Origin: Octopus bimaculoides | Taxonomy: Eukaryota | Length of the DNA: 43,676 bases | NCBI RefSeq assembly: GCF_001194135.2 | Contig: NC_068988.1 | Location: 4,905,017 to 4,948,692, forward strand | Direction of reading: 5' to 3' | Shown here: positions 39,547-43,676 of the stretch, one piece after another | Layout: each line of letters starts with the position of its first letter | Position numbering within the stretch: the stretch's first letter is position 1 | Made by a program: the position numbers and the translations under genes | Notes under the pieces: model-generated | What the model was told of the DNA's origin: nothing | The model's input: the letters and a program-made list of their open reading frames with translations, nothing else | The model's database searches: none

Positions 39547-40359
39547 TATGTGTGTGCGTGTATGTGTGTTTATCTTTAGTTATGGACTACTAGCATACAT
39601 GGTAAAAATGCACTTATCTATTTTAACCAATGTTTTATCTGGTTTCAAGCTAGTCTAAAGAACAATACTTAACATAAAATACATTCGAGAGGTGAGATTA
39701 TCCATTTTTGTCTTGTATCCAATGTATTTATCTCAGAGCAACATACTGTGATTTGAGGGGGAAAACAACTATTTCTGCTTGGTTTTTGCAACCACGGACA
39801 AGCTCCTTCTGTGGATCATTCTACATTGTGACTGTTGTTTAACCCAATTCAGTCAATTTGTTTAGACCTCTAATGATAAACATAGCAGCCGTGACGGTCC
39901 AACATATTACTGTATCGAGGTCTACACATCATTTAATGTGCTTCAAATGTCGAGTTACTAATTAATATATTTTACATTAATTTATTATACAATTAACTGA
40001 CAAGTAACGTTTCACAGATCCTGAATAAGAATTTACAGAGAAATAAACGTAAGTGGTGTGCAAAATGCATTAAGCGTTTGGAAATAATATCCTTAAGGAA
40101 AAACAACAAACTCAGGGAAATTCCCTCTCTAGTTATGCTTTGCATAGACGTGATTTACATGCATGCGTGCGTCTGTTTATTATATATATATATATATATA
40201 TAACAAGTTATTTATGTNNNNNNNNNNNNNNNNNNNNNNNNNNNNNNNNNNNNNNNNNNNNNNNNNNNNNNNNNNNNNNNNNNNNNNNNNNNNNNNNNNN
40301 NNNNNNNNNNNNNNNNNNNNNNNNNNNNNNNNNNNNNNNNNNNNNNNNNNNNNNNNNNN

Positions 40360-40406
<47 letters not shown>

Positions 40407-40540
40407 CAACACACAGATAATTTGTTTCTTGTATGTATGTTGTATGGTAATGCATAATTGATCGATAAACAGAAACAGCCTAAACATGATAATAGGACGA
40501 AAACAAGATTCGGTATTGGACAATGATCTTCAGTACCTAC

Positions 40541-40621
40541 CTTGATCAAAGGTATCATTGTAAGTGTCATAGTCAATGGTTGTATCCTGGAGCAAACGTG
40601 GATGTAACACGTCTTGAACCA
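40541..40621 (-). CDS. Putative 81-nt symmetric (phase 1-1) coding exon, VQDVLHPRLLQDTTIDYDTYNDTFDQ
   Basis: Acceptor ttcctaactctgctggttacag| (CTAAC branch-like motif), donor AAG|gtaggt, open frame. A phase 1-to-2 bridging exon is needed to reach 16554-16618. Confidence 0.55.
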
Positions 40622-42486
40622 CTGTAACCAGCAGAGTTAGGAATTTAGCCATTTCCATCTTGACATTGATTTTATCCAAAAACAGAAATATAATGAAGGT
40701 TTCCGTCTCGTCGTATCACTGCAACCTGTTGCATGTTAAACCATATAAACAACTCGCCAACACAGACTTAGTCTAACTTCTATGAGAATATGTGTCTCTA
40801 AATTGTCATTGCATGAAAGTGAGATAGAAATTATGATCCGTTTTATCCATAGGAATTAGAATTGTTTTGCAATACGTAGGTTTGTTAGTTGCACAAGGTA
40901 TAATGCAGCTTCGTATGCACGTTCTTCTGCTTAGATTTACTATTAAGTATGTATGCTGTGCAGTTTCACTAAAAAGAAGAAAAACCTTTCTTGTATTCTG
41001 CCAATATGTCGTCAAAAAGAGAATTGCAAAAACAGAAAAATAGTAAACCGATACATGCGGTTCATATTCCTGGCATTCATGGCTACCATTAATGCAACGC
41101 CATGTAGAAAGAAAATCTCAGAAAGAGAAGAAGAAAAGGTTGAAACTCGATCTATACAATCCGATTTCCTCACTGGTAGGTGTATAAATATATCTTCAGT
41201 TGTTATTCATTTCCACTAATTAAATGGAGGCATATTTTTGACGAAATAAAATAAAACTAGTTCAATAACAAGATCAATTCTACTATATCGTGTCAGGAAA
41301 CATTATATATGTAGATGTGTATATGTTTATGTACATATGTGTATGAGCGTAAGTTTGGAGGGATACGTATACAAATGTCTCTGTAGATTATACGTGCGTG
41401 TGTATATGTGGATGGATGGACAGTTACACGTGTATATATGTGTATGTGTATCTATATATATATATGTGTGTGTGTGAGTGTGTATGTATGTATTATGTAT
41501 GTATGTAGGTAGGTAGGTATATAAAGTATGTGTTTGTGTGCGCGCTGTATGTGTATTTGCAGTTTATAAGATAATTTGTATGTATCTAGCAATAGATATA
41601 AGCATATCACTGCACTGTCGCACTAGGCGACAACGAATTTGTTCATGCGTGAAAGTGAGTAAGGGGGATAGGGTTGCAACGGGGGGAATACTGAAAGAGA
41701 TAGGAAAAAACTGACGTGAAGAAGGTGGAAGTGAGTGACAGGGAGGCAGTAGACATGGAGAGCGATAGAAACAGAGAGATATAAGGGAGGAAGACAGAAA
41801 GAGAAAGTTAGAAAATTAAATCTGCTGTAGATAATATTTCATTGCCACGAACTGCAATATTAGTTGTAGACACAGGAAAGGAGAGCAGTTGTAAAATGAC
41901 AGAAGAAGCAGCCTCCACAGCTGCCAGGTAAGTCTAGTTTAATCAAGAAATTGAAGAAAAAAAAGGTAATATTATAGAAGGGTATGTGAAATAAGATTGC
42001 GATGGGATAGAATTATGATTAAGGAATATTAAGTTAATGTGTGTATGTACAGTTGCAGACTCACACATAATCTATATATGATTATATATACATATATAAC
42101 TGGGTTTCTCAAACATTAATACAAGCCTGCCAAGAACGATGTTATTTAAAGTTGTTAATGCACGTCTCGCCTCTCCATCCTCCACAATTTATTTCCTCAT
42201 CATGCATGCCCGTCTCAGCAACACACTCCCACTCCTTGCATACGACTGGGGTCGTTTGGGTGCACTCGTTGCATCCCAACTACCACACAACTCACATATT
42301 CACTCACAGATGGCCTTCTGCTCTGCTACCAGCACCTTAACCCACCCAGGCAGTTCAAATAGGTACATCGGAAATATGGAACAAATTTACGCAGCAACAT
42401 TTGCCTGTACTGTTTTCAGGAAAGATATATTCTCCCACCTTTAGGTAGAATGTGACATTTGTCTAAATTTTATAAAACACACACAC

Positions 42487-42669
42487 ACACACACATGCAT
42501 ACACCCACACACATACACACATGCATACACCCACACACATACACACATGCATACATCCACACACAACACACATGCATACACCCACACACATACACACATG
42601 CATACATCCACACACAACACACATGCATACACCCACACACATACACATATGCATACACCTACACACATA
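42487..42669. repeat. 25/26-bp minisatellite derived from (CA)n, ~7 units
   Basis: Units acacacatgcatacacccacacacat and acacacatgcatacatccacacaca. Confidence 0.9.
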
Positions 42670-42890
42670 CCAAAGTTAGTAATATATATGTATACACACA
42701 CATACACACATGTGTGTTTGTGTGTATGTATATCGAAACGAAAGAGTATCAAAATACAAAACGAAATTTATGATATATGATTATTTGAATGTTAAATCGA
42801 TTTAAAATTCCATGCAAGATATGAATGTTCATATATATGAATGTGTATATATATGAGTGCGTATGATTATGTGTAAATGTTTAAACACAC

Positions 42891-42955
<65 letters not shown>

Positions 42956-43380
42956 TAAATATATATATCAGCACACATATGCATATGCCAGATACCATGA
43001 GCACCTGATGAAAATAAAGTTGGGCAGACGTAACACAGGACGAGACCTTAACATTTCAAGCCTGCCTTCGGCCTTTTCTATCCTGGGTCCAGACGAAAGC
43101 GAGTTTTACAAAAGAGACAGAGACACAGAGAAAACAGAAATAGGGGTGGGAAAACAGGAAATTGCAAAACTTTAGTAAAAGAAGTAAAGGACTGCTATTT
43201 CATGACACAATGAGGAAATGCTAAAAGAGAAAGTGGGTCGGAGCATAAGCAGAGTGACTTAGTACGAATACTGCAGGGCATTCTGTATAATGATCAGTAA
43301 ACTCTTCACAACCACATTTATCTTGCTCTCCTGATTTATACATCTATACCTCTGGGTGTGCACGCGTGTGTCATATACAA

Positions 43381-43428
<48 letters not shown>

Positions 43429-43676
43429 TATATACTTTTATAAAACAAATTTTACAAAATATATAGTATCTGTTAACAGTCTTAGCCAAAAACTCACAGT
43501 TGAGTTTTTGTATATATATATGTATACATGTCTCTTAAAGGATAGAGCTCAAAATCAATGCATTGAAGATACTTTATTGCAGCAACAATTATAATAACAG
43601 AAAACCCTATTTCAATACCCTATTGAAATGTGCATAGGTTTGGCTTATTGTGGTTGTTTCTGTTATTATAATTGTT

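Noticed and set aside
42139-42444. 101-aa plus-strand ORF
   Set aside because: No recognisable domain or splice support. The C-rich composition suggests a decayed LINE 3' end, but the motifs are too degenerate to call.

Overview
AT-rich, microsatellite-dense eukaryotic DNA with many N-gaps next to (TA)n/(CA)n runs. The SINE and LINE families look like those I recall from Octopus genomes; the taxon is an inference, not a search result. Almost all ORFs in the supplied track are artefacts of microsatellites, gaps or repeats. Most of the window appears to be the intron-rich 3' part of an unidentified minus-strand gene. Four small exons with canonical splice sites join in frame (16554-16618, 9917-9994, 6395-6424, 4617-4633) to give ...SHEGERLDEGCAESVFDRTDKGTNVFTSRHRPPTALRPLPHCTSTTAELNKAVDGPFDYITK*, and a likely upstream exon lies at 40541-40621. 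The introns hold several tRNA-derived SINE families and decayed LINEs (an APE-endonuclease fragment, an R4/Dong-like RT fragment, an RTE-like fragment). The most unusual object is a ~340 bp insertion at 12740-13076, bounded by a perfect 14-bp target-site duplication. It joins a tRNA-like Pol III head, an (AAT)n tract and a minimal hammerhead-ribozyme core, and carries a second, inverted hammerhead core at its 5' end.
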